Shown in pieces: positions 32,647-42,205 of a stretch of 64,000 nt of DNA. The number at the start of each line of letters is the position of its first letter. Within the stretch, counting starts at the first letter, position 1. The notes beneath the pieces were generated by a model. The model saw nothing but the letters and a program-made list of their open reading frames with translations. It made no database searches and was not told where the DNA came from. The DNA is taken from contig JADGOE010000008.1 of assembly GCA_017883135.1 (NCBI GenBank), forward strand, positions 72 through 64,071. Direction: 5' to 3'. This DNA is from Acidimicrobiales bacterium (GTDB lineage: Bacteria; Actinomycetota; Acidimicrobiia; Acidimicrobiales; RAAP-2). The position numbers were made by a program, and so were the translations under genes.

Positions 32647-33174
32647 ATGTCACGCGTCCCGAGCGGCTCAGGCCCGACCGCATCCCTCGCCTTGGCCGAC
32701 GGGGTCGGTCCTGTCGCAGGCGACGGCGCGGTGGAGGGCGCCGTCGAGGACGCCGAGTCGGAGATGGCCTCCCGGCTGCGGCTGGCCGTCACCCGGCTGC
32801 ACCGCCGGCTCCGCCAACAGACCACCGGGGGACTGACCCCGTCCCAGGCATCGGCTCTGGCCAGCATCGAACGCCTGGGCTCACCCACCCTGGGCGCGCT
32901 GGCCGGTCACGAGTCGGTGCAGCCACCCTCGATGACCCGCATCGTGGGGGCGCTCGAGGGGTTGGGCTACGTGTCGCGGGTGGTCGATCCCGACGATCGA
33001 CGAGTTGCCCGGGTAACCGCAAGCGCCGAAGGCCGCGAGGTCCTCCGGCGGGGCCGGTCGCTGAAGAACGCGTTCCTGGCCGGGCAGCTGCACTGCCTGT
33101 CGGCCGACGAGCGCGAGTCCCTGGGCGCCCTCACCGCGTTGCTGGAGCACTTGGTGGAGGTGGACGGCTCGTGA
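32647..33174 (+). CDS. MarR-family transcriptional regulator
   Basis: 175 aa. LTPSQASALASIERLGSPTLGALAGHESVQPPSMTRIVGALEGLGYVSRVVDPDDRRVARV is a typical MarR wHTH. Its stop overlaps the next GTG (GTGA). Confidence 0.85.
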   Translation: MSRVPSGSGPTASLALADGVGPVAGDGAVEGAVEDAESEMASRLRLAVTRLHRRLRQQTTGGLTPSQASALASIERLGSPTLGALAGHESVQPPSMTRIVGALEGLGYVSRVVDPDDRRVARVTASAEGREVLRRGRSLKNAFLAGQLHCLSADERESLGALTALLEHLVEVDGS

Positions 33175-34466
33175 GCGCGGTGCGCGCCGCGTGGCGCCAG
33201 ACGTTCAGCTCCCTTCGCATCCGCAACTTCCGCCTCTACTTCACCGCCCAGCTCGTGTCGGTGTCCGGCACCTGGATGCAGTCGGTGGCCCAGGCCTGGC
33301 TGGTCCTCCACCTCACCGGAAGCGGTGTGGACCTCGGGATCGTGGTCGGGCTGCAGTTCCTGCCGATGCTTCTGTTCGGACCCTTTGGCGGCCTGGTGGC
33401 CGACCGGATGAACAAGCGCTTCCTCCTCTTCGCCACCCAGGCGGCCGGTGGCCTGCTGGCACTGGCCCTCGGCATCTTGGTGGTCTCCGGCCTCGTCCAC
33501 CTCTGGCAGGTCTACCTGCTGGCCACGCTGCTCGGAGTGGTCAACGTGTTCGACAATCCGGCGCGCCAGACCTTCATGATGGAGATGGTCGGGCGCGACG
33601 ACCTGCCCAATGCGGTCAGCCTCAACACGGTGGTGATGAACGCCTCGCGAGTGGTGGGACCGGCCATCGGTGGCGTGATCATCACCCTCTTCGGGCTGGG
33701 GGTCTGCTTCTTCGTCAACGCCGCCTCCTATGTGGCCGTCATCGTCGGACTGGCCATGATGCGCACCAAGGAGCTCCACCCGAGCCAAACGGTGGAACGG
33801 GCCAAGGGCCAGATCCGCGAGGGGTTCCGGTATGTGTGGCGCACCCCGAGCCTGCGCAACACCTTGTTGGCCATCGCCCTCATCGGCATCTTCGCCTACA
33901 ACTTCACGGTCACCTTGGCCCTGCTGGCCAAGGTGACCTTCCACGGCGGCGCGGGCACCTACTCGGTGCTCACCTCGTGCATGGGAGTGGGGGCGGTGGC
34001 GGGGGGCCTGATCGCCGCCCACCGGGCCAAGCCGACCGCCCGGCTGTTACAGGGTCTGGCACTGCTCTTCGGCGGTCTGTTGGCGGCGGTGGCCTTCGCC
34101 CCGACCCTGCTCACAGCGGGCATCCTCATCATGGTGATGGGCGCCGCCTCCATCGGGTTCATCGCCACGGCCAACGCCAACCTGCAGTTGAGCTCCGAGC
34201 CGGCCATGCGGGGCCGGGTGATGGCCCTCTACGCGATGGCCTTCCTCGGCACCACGCCGATCGGGGCCCCACTGGTCGGTGCCATCGCCCAGTGGACCAA
34301 TCCGAGGATCGCCCTGCTCAGTGGGGCGGTGGCCACGGTGGTTGCCGCCGGGCTGTTGATGTGGCGGCACCAGGTCGGCCTCAACCTCGGTGGGATACCG
34401 TCGGGCGAGTCGGCCCAGGAGGTCGAGGCCCTGGCGGTCGAGGACGTCGAGTCGAACGTGGCCTGA
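33171..34466 (+). CDS. MFS transporter (EntS/MFS_3-like efflux type)
   Basis: 431 aa with ~12 hydrophobic segments. The N-terminus (FRLYFTAQLVSVSGTWMQSVAQAWLVL) is characteristic of the MFS_3/DUF894 group. Coupled to marR. Confidence 0.85.
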   Translation: MSAVRAAWRQTFSSLRIRNFRLYFTAQLVSVSGTWMQSVAQAWLVLHLTGSGVDLGIVVGLQFLPMLLFGPFGGLVADRMNKRFLLFATQAAGGLLALALGILVVSGLVHLWQVYLLATLLGVVNVFDNPARQTFMMEMVGRDDLPNAVSLNTVVMNASRVVGPAIGGVIITLFGLGVCFFVNAASYVAVIVGLAMMRTKELHPSQTVERAKGQIREGFRYVWRTPSLRNTLLAIALIGIFAYNFTVTLALLAKVTFHGGAGTYSVLTSCMGVGAVAGGLIAAHRAKPTARLLQGLALLFGGLLAAVAFAPTLLTAGILIMVMGAASIGFIATANANLQLSSEPAMRGRVMALYAMAFLGTTPIGAPLVGAIAQWTNPRIALLSGAVATVVAAGLLMWRHQVGLNLGGIPSGESAQEVEALAVEDVESNVA

Positions 34467-34471
34467 CCGGC

Positions 34472-35722
34472 TCAGCCGGCCACAGCGGCAGCGGAAGTGG
34501 CCACAGGCTTGGGCTCCTTGGGCAGGCCGAGCACCCGCTCACCCACGATGTTGCGCTGGATCTCCGCGGTCCCTCCCCAGATGGTCTCCGAACGCGAGAA
34601 GAAGAACGACGCCTGCAGATCGCTGACCGGATAGTCGTCCCGACCCCGGCGCATCCGCTCGTCGACCACGTCGTCGGGATCACCGGTGAGGATCTGGCCC
34701 TCCATCCCGAGGATGTCGATGGCGAGGTCCATGGTGTCCTTGTGGAACTCCGACCAGAACATCTTGTTGCAGGCCCCGAGGGCTGCCATGTGGTGGGTGC
34801 CGTTGAGGGCGTCGGTCAGTGACCGGTAGCCGTTGATCTCCATGATCTTGACCTTGGACCAGGCGGTGGCCAGGCGCTGGCGGATCGGCGCTTCGTCGAT
34901 CCGGCCGTTCTTCTTCGCCGCGTCGATGATCTGGTCGAGTTCGCGGAGGAACCGGCGGTGGCCGGTGGTGGCCGAGGAGCCGCGCTCGAAGCCCAGCGTG
35001 GTCATGGCCACCTTCCACCCGTTGTTCTCGCCCCCGACCACGTTCTCCCGTGGGCAGCGGGCGTTGGTGAAGAAGACCTCGTTGAAGTCCGCGCTCCCGT
35101 CGACCTGTTCGATGGGGCGCACCTCGACGCCGGGCTGCTTCATCGGCACCAACAGGTAGGAGATGCCCGCATGCTTGGGGGCATCGGGGTCGGTGCGCGC
35201 CAGCAGGAAGACGTAGTCGGCGAACTGGGCCTGGGTGGTCCACACCTTCTGGCCGTTGATCACCCACTCGTCGCCGTCGAGCTCGGCGCGCGTCTTGAGC
35301 GAGGCCAGGTCGCTGCCGGCGTCGGGCTCGGAGAACCCCTGGCACCAGGCGATGGTGCCGTTGAGGATGCCGGGGATGAACTGCTTCTTCTGCTCTTCAC
35401 TTGCCCACTGCAGGATGGTCGGCCCGACCAGGGTGTCGCCGAAGAAGTCGGCCCGCAAGGGTGCCTCGGCCCGGGCGAACTCCTCGTTGAGCACCACCGA
35501 CTCCATGAGGGAGAGCCCCTTGCCCCCGTACTCCTTGGGCCACGAAGCGCAGATCCAGCCGCCGTCGAAGAGCTTCTTCGTCCACTCGTTGTTGAAGGCC
35601 TTCTTCTCGTCGCGGGTCATGGTGAGGCTCGGGGTGCCCCACCCCTCGGGAAGGTTGTCCGCCAGCCACGTGCGGATCTCCGCTCGCAACGGCTCGGTGT
35701 CGGCGGGATAGCTCAGGTCCAT
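34472..35722 (-). CDS. Acyl-CoA dehydrogenase family protein
   Basis: 416 aa. Shows the N-terminal, middle (GFSEPDAGSDLASL) and C-terminal (GGTAEIQRNIV) ACAD blocks. Confidence 0.9.
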   Translation of the reverse strand: MDLSYPADTEPLRAEIRTWLADNLPEGWGTPSLTMTRDEKKAFNNEWTKKLFDGGWICASWPKEYGGKGLSLMESVVLNEEFARAEAPLRADFFGDTLVGPTILQWASEEQKKQFIPGILNGTIAWCQGFSEPDAGSDLASLKTRAELDGDEWVINGQKVWTTQAQFADYVFLLARTDPDAPKHAGISYLLVPMKQPGVEVRPIEQVDGSADFNEVFFTNARCPRENVVGGENNGWKVAMTTLGFERGSSATTGHRRFLRELDQIIDAAKKNGRIDEAPIRQRLATAWSKVKIMEINGYRSLTDALNGTHHMAALGACNKMFWSEFHKDTMDLAIDILGMEGQILTGDPDDVVDERMRRGRDDYPVSDLQASFFFSRSETIWGGTAEIQRNIVGERVLGLPKEPKPVATSAAAVAG

Positions 35723-35803
35723 GGTCCGACATTACCCCCGGGGCAGCCGGAGGGAGAAGGTGGACGGTTGGCACGATCCCCCGACGTGGGTGAGAATCCG
35801 ATC

Positions 35804-37354
35804 GTGACCAACGCCCCACCGACCGGACCCGGTACCCCTGCGACGCCCGGCGGCATCGACGGATTGGCGACCGTGCCCCACTGGATCGGGGGCGGCGCCT
35901 ACGGGGGCGCGCCCGAGCGCACCGGCGAGGTCTACGACCCGGCGACCGGCCGGGTCACCAAGCGGGTGGCCTTCGCCTCGCCCGCCGACGTCGACGCGGC
36001 CGTGCACAGTGCAGCCGAGGCCTTCGCCACCTGGCGCAACGCCTCGCTGACCCGGCGTTCCAAGGTCCTGTTCGCCTTCCGCGAGCTCTTGAACGCGCGG
36101 ACGGCCGACCTGGCCGCCATCGTCACCGCCGAGCACGGCAAGGTGCTCTCCGACGCCACCGGCGAGGTCGCCAGGGCGCTCGAGGTGGTCGAGTTCGCCT
36201 GCGGCATCCCCCATCTCCAGAAGGGCGGCTACTCCGAGTCGGTCTCCACCAAGGTCGACTCGTACTCGATCCGCCAGCCGCTGGGCGTGGTAGCCGTCAT
36301 CAGCCCCTTCAACTTTCCGACCATGGTGCCCTGTTGGTTCTTCCCCATCGCCATCGCCGCCGGCAATGCGGTGATCCTCAAGCCGAGCGAGAAGGACCCG
36401 TCGGCGGCCAATTGGATGGCTGAGGTGTGGGCCGAAGCCGGCCTGCCCGCGGGGGTCTTCAACGTGGTGCACGGGGACAAGGTCGCCGTCGACGCCCTGC
36501 TCGAGCACCCTCAGGTCAAGGCCGTGTCCTTCGTCGGCTCCACCCCGATCGCCCGTTACGTCTACGAGCGAGGCACTGCCCACGGCAAGCGGGTCCAGGC
36601 CCTCGGGGGTGCGAAGAACCACATGGTGGTGCTGCCCGATGCCGACCTGGGTCTCGCGGCCGACGCAGCGGTGAATGCCGGCTTCGGCTCGGCGGGCGAG
36701 CGTTGTATGGCCATCTCGGTCCTGGTCGCTGTGGGACCGGTGGCCGACCCCCTGATCGAGGGAATCGTCGAGCGTATGGATGGGCTGACAGTCGGCGACG
36801 GCCGGAGGGCCTGCGACATGGGCCCGCTGGTCACTGCCGCTCACCGGGACAAGGTGGCCGCCTACCTCGACGCCGGGGTGGCGTCGGGGGCCGAGCTGGT
36901 GGTCGACGGCCGGGGCATCCGGGTCGACGGCGACCCCGGTGGCTTCTGGCTCGGTCCGACCCTCTTCGACAAGGTGACTCCCGAGATGTCGATCTACACC
37001 GACGAGATCTTCGGCCCGGTCCTCTCGGTGGTGCGTGTGCCCACCTACGACGACGCGCTCGAGCTGGTCAACGCCAACCCCTACGGCAACGGCACGGCCA
37101 TCTTCACCAACGACGGCGGTGCGGTCCGCCGCTATCAGAACGAGGTGGAGGTGGGGATGGTCGGGGTGAACGTCCCCATCCCGGTGCCGATGGCCTACTA
37201 CTCGTTCGGCGGCTGGAAGGCCTCGCTGTTCGGCGACTCCCACGCCCACGGGATGGAGGGCGTGCACTTCTACACGCGGGGCAAGGTGGTCACCAGCCGG
37301 TGGCTGGACCCTGACCACGGGGGGATCAACCTCGGCTTCCCCCAGAGCATCTGA
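35804..37354 (+). CDS. mmsA: CoA-acylating methylmalonate-semialdehyde dehydrogenase (aldehyde dehydrogenase family)
   Basis: In-frame GTG at 35804. Motifs: ISPFNFP, ILKPSEKDP, GERCMA (catalytic Cys block), plus the typical MmsA tail FGGWKASLFGD.HAHG..GV.FYT..K.VT.RW. Confidence 0.85.
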   Translation: MTNAPPTGPGTPATPGGIDGLATVPHWIGGGAYGGAPERTGEVYDPATGRVTKRVAFASPADVDAAVHSAAEAFATWRNASLTRRSKVLFAFRELLNARTADLAAIVTAEHGKVLSDATGEVARALEVVEFACGIPHLQKGGYSESVSTKVDSYSIRQPLGVVAVISPFNFPTMVPCWFFPIAIAAGNAVILKPSEKDPSAANWMAEVWAEAGLPAGVFNVVHGDKVAVDALLEHPQVKAVSFVGSTPIARYVYERGTAHGKRVQALGGAKNHMVVLPDADLGLAADAAVNAGFGSAGERCMAISVLVAVGPVADPLIEGIVERMDGLTVGDGRRACDMGPLVTAAHRDKVAAYLDAGVASGAELVVDGRGIRVDGDPGGFWLGPTLFDKVTPEMSIYTDEIFGPVLSVVRVPTYDDALELVNANPYGNGTAIFTNDGGAVRRYQNEVEVGMVGVNVPIPVPMAYYSFGGWKASLFGDSHAHGMEGVHFYTRGKVVTSRWLDPDHGGINLGFPQSI

Positions 37355-37439
37355 GCGCGCTGCAGCCCCTGCAGACCGGGTCCGCCGTCAGCCGGCCACC
37401 GCCGACGCGCCCTGGGCCCCGGTCTACTGTGGGACCCGC

Positions 37440-38729
37440 ATGAATACGCAGACGCCGGTGAACGACTCGGAGATGGAGATCCTCCACCTGTCCAGCGTGG
37501 TCAAGCGGCCTCTTGTCGATGCCGCCGGTGATCGCCTGGGCCGGGTGCAGGACCTCATCGTGCGGGCGGGGGAGTCCCCCCACCCCCCCCTGGTCGGCCT
37601 GGTCGTCAACATCGGTGGCCGCGACCTGTTCGTCCCGATCCGGAAGGTCGCCGCCTTTGAGCCCGGCCGGGTGCGCTTCGAGGGGCGCCGGGTGGACCTG
37701 CGCCGGTTCGAGCGCCGACCCGGGGAGCTGTTGCTGGCCCGCGATCTCCTGGCCCACCACTTGATCAACTTCGTCGGTGGCAGGTTGATCAGAGCCAACG
37801 AGATCGAGCTGGCCAAGGTGAACGGCACCTGGGAGGTGGTGGCCGTCGATCCCTCGGGCCGGCCGGTCCTGCGCCGTCTGGTCCCGGGCCGCTTCGGTCG
37901 GCGCACCAAGCCGGGCATGATCATCGACTGGGCCAGCATCGAGCCGTTCGTTGCCCACGTGCCCTCGTCGCGGCTGCGGATCCCCTACCGCAAGCTGGCG
38001 AAGCTTCACCCCGCACAGATCGCCGACCTGGTGGAGGCGGCGTCACACGACGAGGGCGAGGAGATCATCGAGGCGGTCGGGGCCGACCGCGAGTTGGAGG
38101 CGGACGTCTTCGAGGAGCTCGACACCGAGCACCAGCTCGAGTTCGTCCGCAGCCGGTCCGACGAGGAGGCCGCGCGCCTGCTCTCGTCGATGGCGCCTGA
38201 CGATGCTGCCGACCTGATCGCCGAGGTCGACCAGGATCGGCGCCTGCCGATCCTGAACCTGCTCCCCGAGCCGCAACAGCGCAAGGTCCGCTCGCTGCTC
38301 AGCTACAACCCCGAGACCGCCGGCGGGCTGATGAGCCCCGATTTCCTGTGCCTGCCGGCCACCCTGCCGGTTGCCGGTGCCCTGGAGGCCATTCGTTCGA
38401 GCACCGCACCCCCCGAGGCACTCAACGTCGTCTTCGCCGCCGACGCCGACGATCGGGTCATCGGAGCGGTCTCTGCGGTCCGGCTGATCCAGGCCGAACC
38501 GACGGTGTCGCTCGGATCGGTCACCGAGGCCGACCCGGCCCACGCCCATGCCGACTGGGATCTCGGGGCGATGGTCCGGATGATGTCCGACTTCAACCTG
38601 ACCGTTGCTCCGGTCATGGACGCCGAGCACGACGAGATCCTGGGTGTGGTCACGGTCGACGATGTGCTGGAGCTGCTCCTCCCGACCGGGTGGAGACGCG
38701 ACTTCGGTAGGACGGCGGTCGAGGACTGA
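37440..38729 (+). CDS. Soluble MgtE-N-domain / CBS-pair protein with N-terminal PRC-barrel-like region (no membrane pore)
   Basis: 429 aa. The acidic helical segment HPAQIADLVEAASHDEGEEIIEAVGADRELEADVFEELD...MAPDDAADLIAEVD is MgtE_N-like. It is followed by a CBS pair (GLMSPDFLCL... VIGAVSAVRLI ... ILGVVTVDDVLELL). There are no hydrophobic TM segments. Confidence 0.8.
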   Translation: MNTQTPVNDSEMEILHLSSVVKRPLVDAAGDRLGRVQDLIVRAGESPHPPLVGLVVNIGGRDLFVPIRKVAAFEPGRVRFEGRRVDLRRFERRPGELLLARDLLAHHLINFVGGRLIRANEIELAKVNGTWEVVAVDPSGRPVLRRLVPGRFGRRTKPGMIIDWASIEPFVAHVPSSRLRIPYRKLAKLHPAQIADLVEAASHDEGEEIIEAVGADRELEADVFEELDTEHQLEFVRSRSDEEAARLLSSMAPDDAADLIAEVDQDRRLPILNLLPEPQQRKVRSLLSYNPETAGGLMSPDFLCLPATLPVAGALEAIRSSTAPPEALNVVFAADADDRVIGAVSAVRLIQAEPTVSLGSVTEADPAHAHADWDLGAMVRMMSDFNLTVAPVMDAEHDEILGVVTVDDVLELLLPTGWRRDFGRTAVED

Positions 38730-39060
38730 ACGATGTTCCGAGAGCGAAAACCCGCCACCGCCACCGAGTAGTGGCCGACCAGCATCGGGCCGGTCCCTGG
38801 GCAAGCCGGCCGATCTTCCGCGTCCAGCGAGACGTGAAGCTCGATCCGGCCGGCTCCGCCACACCCCGGGCCTGACTCCCGAGTCGGGACGCAGATCCCG
38901 GTCCCACCGAGCAAGAGCGCTCGACGCTCGTATCCGACTACCCGAACCGATGATCCGCACACCGGCGACCGGCACCGAGGGGCAGCGATCGCCCTTGGCG
39001 TTCCGCCGTGTCGTTGCCAGTGTCCACACGCATTCGGCGCCGCGCAAGAGGAGGTGAACC

Positions 39061-40692
39061 ATGGCCGACGACAACCCGGGGACGGACCGCCCCGACGCAG
39101 TGCTCGACGAAGCGCACCATGGTGACATCCAGGGCGCCTTCGGGACGATCCGCCAGCACGACCTCGACACCCGCCGGTCGTGGACCGCGCGCCTGCTCAC
39201 CCTGTTGGCAATCATGGGCCCCGGGCTGATCGTCATGGTGGGCGACAACGACGCCGGCGGGGTCTCCACCTACAGCCAGGCCGGTCAGAATTTCGGCCTC
39301 TCCCTGCTGTGGACCCTCCCACTGCTCATCCCCGTCCTCGTGGTGAACCAAGAGATGGTGGTCCGCCTGGGAGCGGTGACCGGTGTCGGGCACGCCCGGC
39401 TCATCAACGAACGGTTCGGGAAGTTTTGGGGGGCGTTCTCGGTCGGCGATCTGTTCGTCTTGAACTTCCTCACCATCGCCACCGAGTTCATCGGCGTGAG
39501 CCTCGCCCTGAACTACTTCGGGATCAGCCAGTACATCTCCGTCCCGATTGCCGCTCTCGTCCTCATCGCGATGACGGCCACCGGCAGCTTCCGGCGCTGG
39601 GAGCGTTTCATGTTCGTCTTCATCATCGTCAACTTCCTGGTCGTCCCCCTTGCCTTCTTGAGCCATCCGACCGCGGGGTCGTTCTTCCGGGGCCTGGTGA
39701 TCCCCGGTGTGAAGGGTGGCTTCACCTCCACCTCGGTGCTCTTGATCATCGCCATCGTCGGTACGACCGTCGCCCCGTGGCAGCTCTTCTTCCAGCAGTC
39801 GAACATCGTGGACAAGCGGATCACCCCACGCTGGATGAACTACGAGCGGGCCGACACGGTGCTCGGCTCGCTGATCACCGTCTTCGCCGCCGCAGCGCTC
39901 CTTGCGGTGACGGCAGCGGCCTTCGCCGGGACGCCCCTGGCGGGACACTTCACCAACGCGGGTGGCGTGGCCGGCGGTCTCAAACAGTATGTGGGACATG
40001 CCGCCGGGGCCCTGTTCGCGATCATCTTGTTGAACGCATCGATCATCGGAGCCGCCTCGGTAACCCTGGCCACGTCGTATGCGTTCGGCGACGTCTTCGG
40101 TGCCCGGCATTCGTTGCACCGCAGCTGGCGCGATGCCAAGTTCTTCTACGGGGCCTTCAGCGCCATGGTGGTGCTGGCCGCGATCATCGTCATCATCCCG
40201 GGGGCCCCGTTGGGGCTCATCACCACCGGGGTCCAGGCGCTCGCCGGCGTGCTGTTGCCGAGCGCCACGGTCTTCTTGCTACTGCTCTGCAACGACAAGG
40301 AGGTGTTGGGCCCATGGGTCAACCGGCCCTGGCTCAACGTCCTTGCCAGCCTGATCGTCTCGGTGCTGCTGATGATGTCCTTGGTGCTGATGACGACCAC
40401 GCTCTTCCCGCAGATCAACGTCAGTGTGCTCTCGCTGGTGCTGGGCGCCGTCGTCGTCGTGGGGAACCTGATCGGTGGCTTCGTGATGTTCCGCAAGCGT
40501 GCTCGGCGTCCGGAGATCGTCGCCGTGCCGATGGAGAAGCGGGCCACCTGGCGGATGCCACCTCTCAACCTGTTGCAGCGTCCCCAGTGGTCGCGTGGCC
40601 GCCTGATCGCCATGTACCTGTTGCGGGTGTACCTGGTGGTCGCGGTCCTGATGCTGCTGGTGAAAGCCATCGAGCTCGGCCTGCACCACTAG
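39061..40692 (+). CDS. NRAMP-related transporter with Mg2+-type (NRMT-like) binding-site residues
   Basis: 543 aa with a strong SD (agaggagg) 7 nt upstream. NRAMP N-terminal block GPGLIVMVGDNDAGGVSTYSQAGQNFGLSLLW has DAGG in place of DPGN. The TM6 block IVGTTVAPWQLFF has T-x-x-A-P-W in place of A-x-x-M-P-H. Confidence 0.85.
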   Translation: MADDNPGTDRPDAVLDEAHHGDIQGAFGTIRQHDLDTRRSWTARLLTLLAIMGPGLIVMVGDNDAGGVSTYSQAGQNFGLSLLWTLPLLIPVLVVNQEMVVRLGAVTGVGHARLINERFGKFWGAFSVGDLFVLNFLTIATEFIGVSLALNYFGISQYISVPIAALVLIAMTATGSFRRWERFMFVFIIVNFLVVPLAFLSHPTAGSFFRGLVIPGVKGGFTSTSVLLIIAIVGTTVAPWQLFFQQSNIVDKRITPRWMNYERADTVLGSLITVFAAAALLAVTAAAFAGTPLAGHFTNAGGVAGGLKQYVGHAAGALFAIILLNASIIGAASVTLATSYAFGDVFGARHSLHRSWRDAKFFYGAFSAMVVLAAIIVIIPGAPLGLITTGVQALAGVLLPSATVFLLLLCNDKEVLGPWVNRPWLNVLASLIVSVLLMMSLVLMTTTLFPQINVSVLSLVLGAVVVVGNLIGGFVMFRKRARRPEIVAVPMEKRATWRMPPLNLLQRPQWSRGRLIAMYLLRVYLVVAVLMLLVKAIELGLHH

Positions 40693-40813
40693 GTGAGCCG
40701 CCGCCCGAGGCCAACGGAGCACTCCCCACCAGGCAGGATGGGCCGGGGTTTGCGCCGATGGGCCCGGCCGGGGGAGTATCTGACTTCTATGTGCCTGCTG
40801 ATCTCGGTTCTCC

Positions 40814-42205
40814 ATGCCTAGTTTCGGGCTCAAGCGGCACAAGGTCAAGGGTCCGGCGAACCCGCCCCCGGTCCCTGAGCGCATCGCCCCCCGGCCACCG
40901 GCCCCAGGGGGCCTTCGCATCGCCTTCCTCGTCTACCGGGGCAATCCACGCTGCGGTGGCCAGGGGGTCTACACCCGCCACCTCACCCGCGAGCTGGTGG
41001 CCCTGGGCCACTCGGTGGAGGTCTTCGCCGGCCAACCCTGGCCCGAAGTGGACGAGGGTGTCGGGTTCACCCCGGTGCCCAGCCTCGATCTCTACCGCGA
41101 CCCCGATCCGTTCCGGGTTCCCCACCTGCGCGAGTTCGTGAACTCCTGGACCACGCCGATCGCCGCCCTCGAGTTCGGGGTGATGTGCACCGCAGGCTTC
41201 CCCGAGCCGTGGACCTTCAGCCTTCGGGCCCGCCGGCTGCTGGCCGCCCGGATGGGCGATTTCGACCTGATCCATGACAACCAGTGCCTGGGCAACGGGA
41301 TCCTGGGCATGATCGAGGACGGGTGGCCGCTGCTCACCACCCTGCACCACCCGATCACCGTCGACCGCCAGCTGGCCCTCAGCCATGCCGCCAACCCCTG
41401 GCAGCAGTTCACCCAGCGCCGCTGGTTCGGCTTCTTGCGCATGCAGGTCAAGGTGGCCCGGGCCCTGACCCGGGTGGTGACCGTCTCGGAGTCGTCCAAG
41501 GCCGACATCGCCGACCAGATGCACGTGGAATCGTCGCGGATGACCGTGGTGCCGGTGGGTGTGGACCCCACCGTGTTCCGGCCCCGCGACGAGGTCTCCC
41601 CGGTGCCCGGACGGATCATGGTGACCTCCTCGTCCGATGTGCCCATGAAGGGCCTGGTGCCCCTGCTCGAGGCGGTGGCCAAACTGCGCACCGAGCGGGA
41701 GATCGAGCTGGTGGTGATCGGCAACCCCCGCCCGGACGGGCGGGTGGCCAAGGCCATCGAGCGACTGGACCTGGCTCCCATCGTCCATTGCGTGTCGGGC
41801 ATCAGCGACGACGAGTTGGCTTGCAACTACGCCCAGGCCCAGGTGGCGGTGGTGCCGTCGCTGTACGAAGGGTTCTCGCTGCCGGCCATCGAGGCCATGG
41901 CATGTGGGGTGGCACTGGTGGCAACCACCGGGGGGGCGCTGCCCGAGGTCGTGGGCACCGACGGGGTCACGGGCCTGTTGGTCCCCCCTGACGACCCGGG
42001 TGCGTTGGCCGTGGCCATCGGCCGACTCCTCGACGACGACGAGCTGCGCGGCCGCCTGGGTGCAGCGGGTCGCGAGCGGGTGCTCGGACGGTTCACCTGG
42101 CAGGTGACCGCGGCAGGCACCGCCGAGCAGTACCGCGCACTGATGGCCGATCAGGACCAGGGCAACCTGACCGCCGGCCACGAAACGGCGGCCACGCCGT
42201 GTTGA
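40814..42205 (+). CDS. Glycosyltransferase family 4 (GT-B, 'group 1')
   Basis: 463 aa. The N-terminus is IAFLVYRGNPRCGGQGVYTRHLTRELVALGHSVEVF. The C-terminal EGFSLPAIEAMACGVALVATTGGALPEVV carries the E-x7-E type motif. Confidence 0.85.
   Translation: MPSFGLKRHKVKGPANPPPVPERIAPRPPAPGGLRIAFLVYRGNPRCGGQGVYTRHLTRELVALGHSVEVFAGQPWPEVDEGVGFTPVPSLDLYRDPDPFRVPHLREFVNSWTTPIAALEFGVMCTAGFPEPWTFSLRARRLLAARMGDFDLIHDNQCLGNGILGMIEDGWPLLTTLHHPITVDRQLALSHAANPWQQFTQRRWFGFLRMQVKVARALTRVVTVSESSKADIADQMHVESSRMTVVPVGVDPTVFRPRDEVSPVPGRIMVTSSSDVPMKGLVPLLEAVAKLRTEREIELVVIGNPRPDGRVAKAIERLDLAPIVHCVSGISDDELACNYAQAQVAVVPSLYEGFSLPAIEAMACGVALVATTGGALPEVVGTDGVTGLLVPPDDPGALAVAIGRLLDDDELRGRLGAAGRERVLGRFTWQVTAAGTAEQYRALMADQDQGNLTAGHETAATPC

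Noticed and set aside
38730-39060. M-box (Mg2+) riboswitch upstream of the NRMT-like gene
   Set aside because: It is expected on functional grounds, but I could not find the conserved M-box core sequences by eye. It is kept only as a generic 'long leader' observation, not annotated as a riboswitch.
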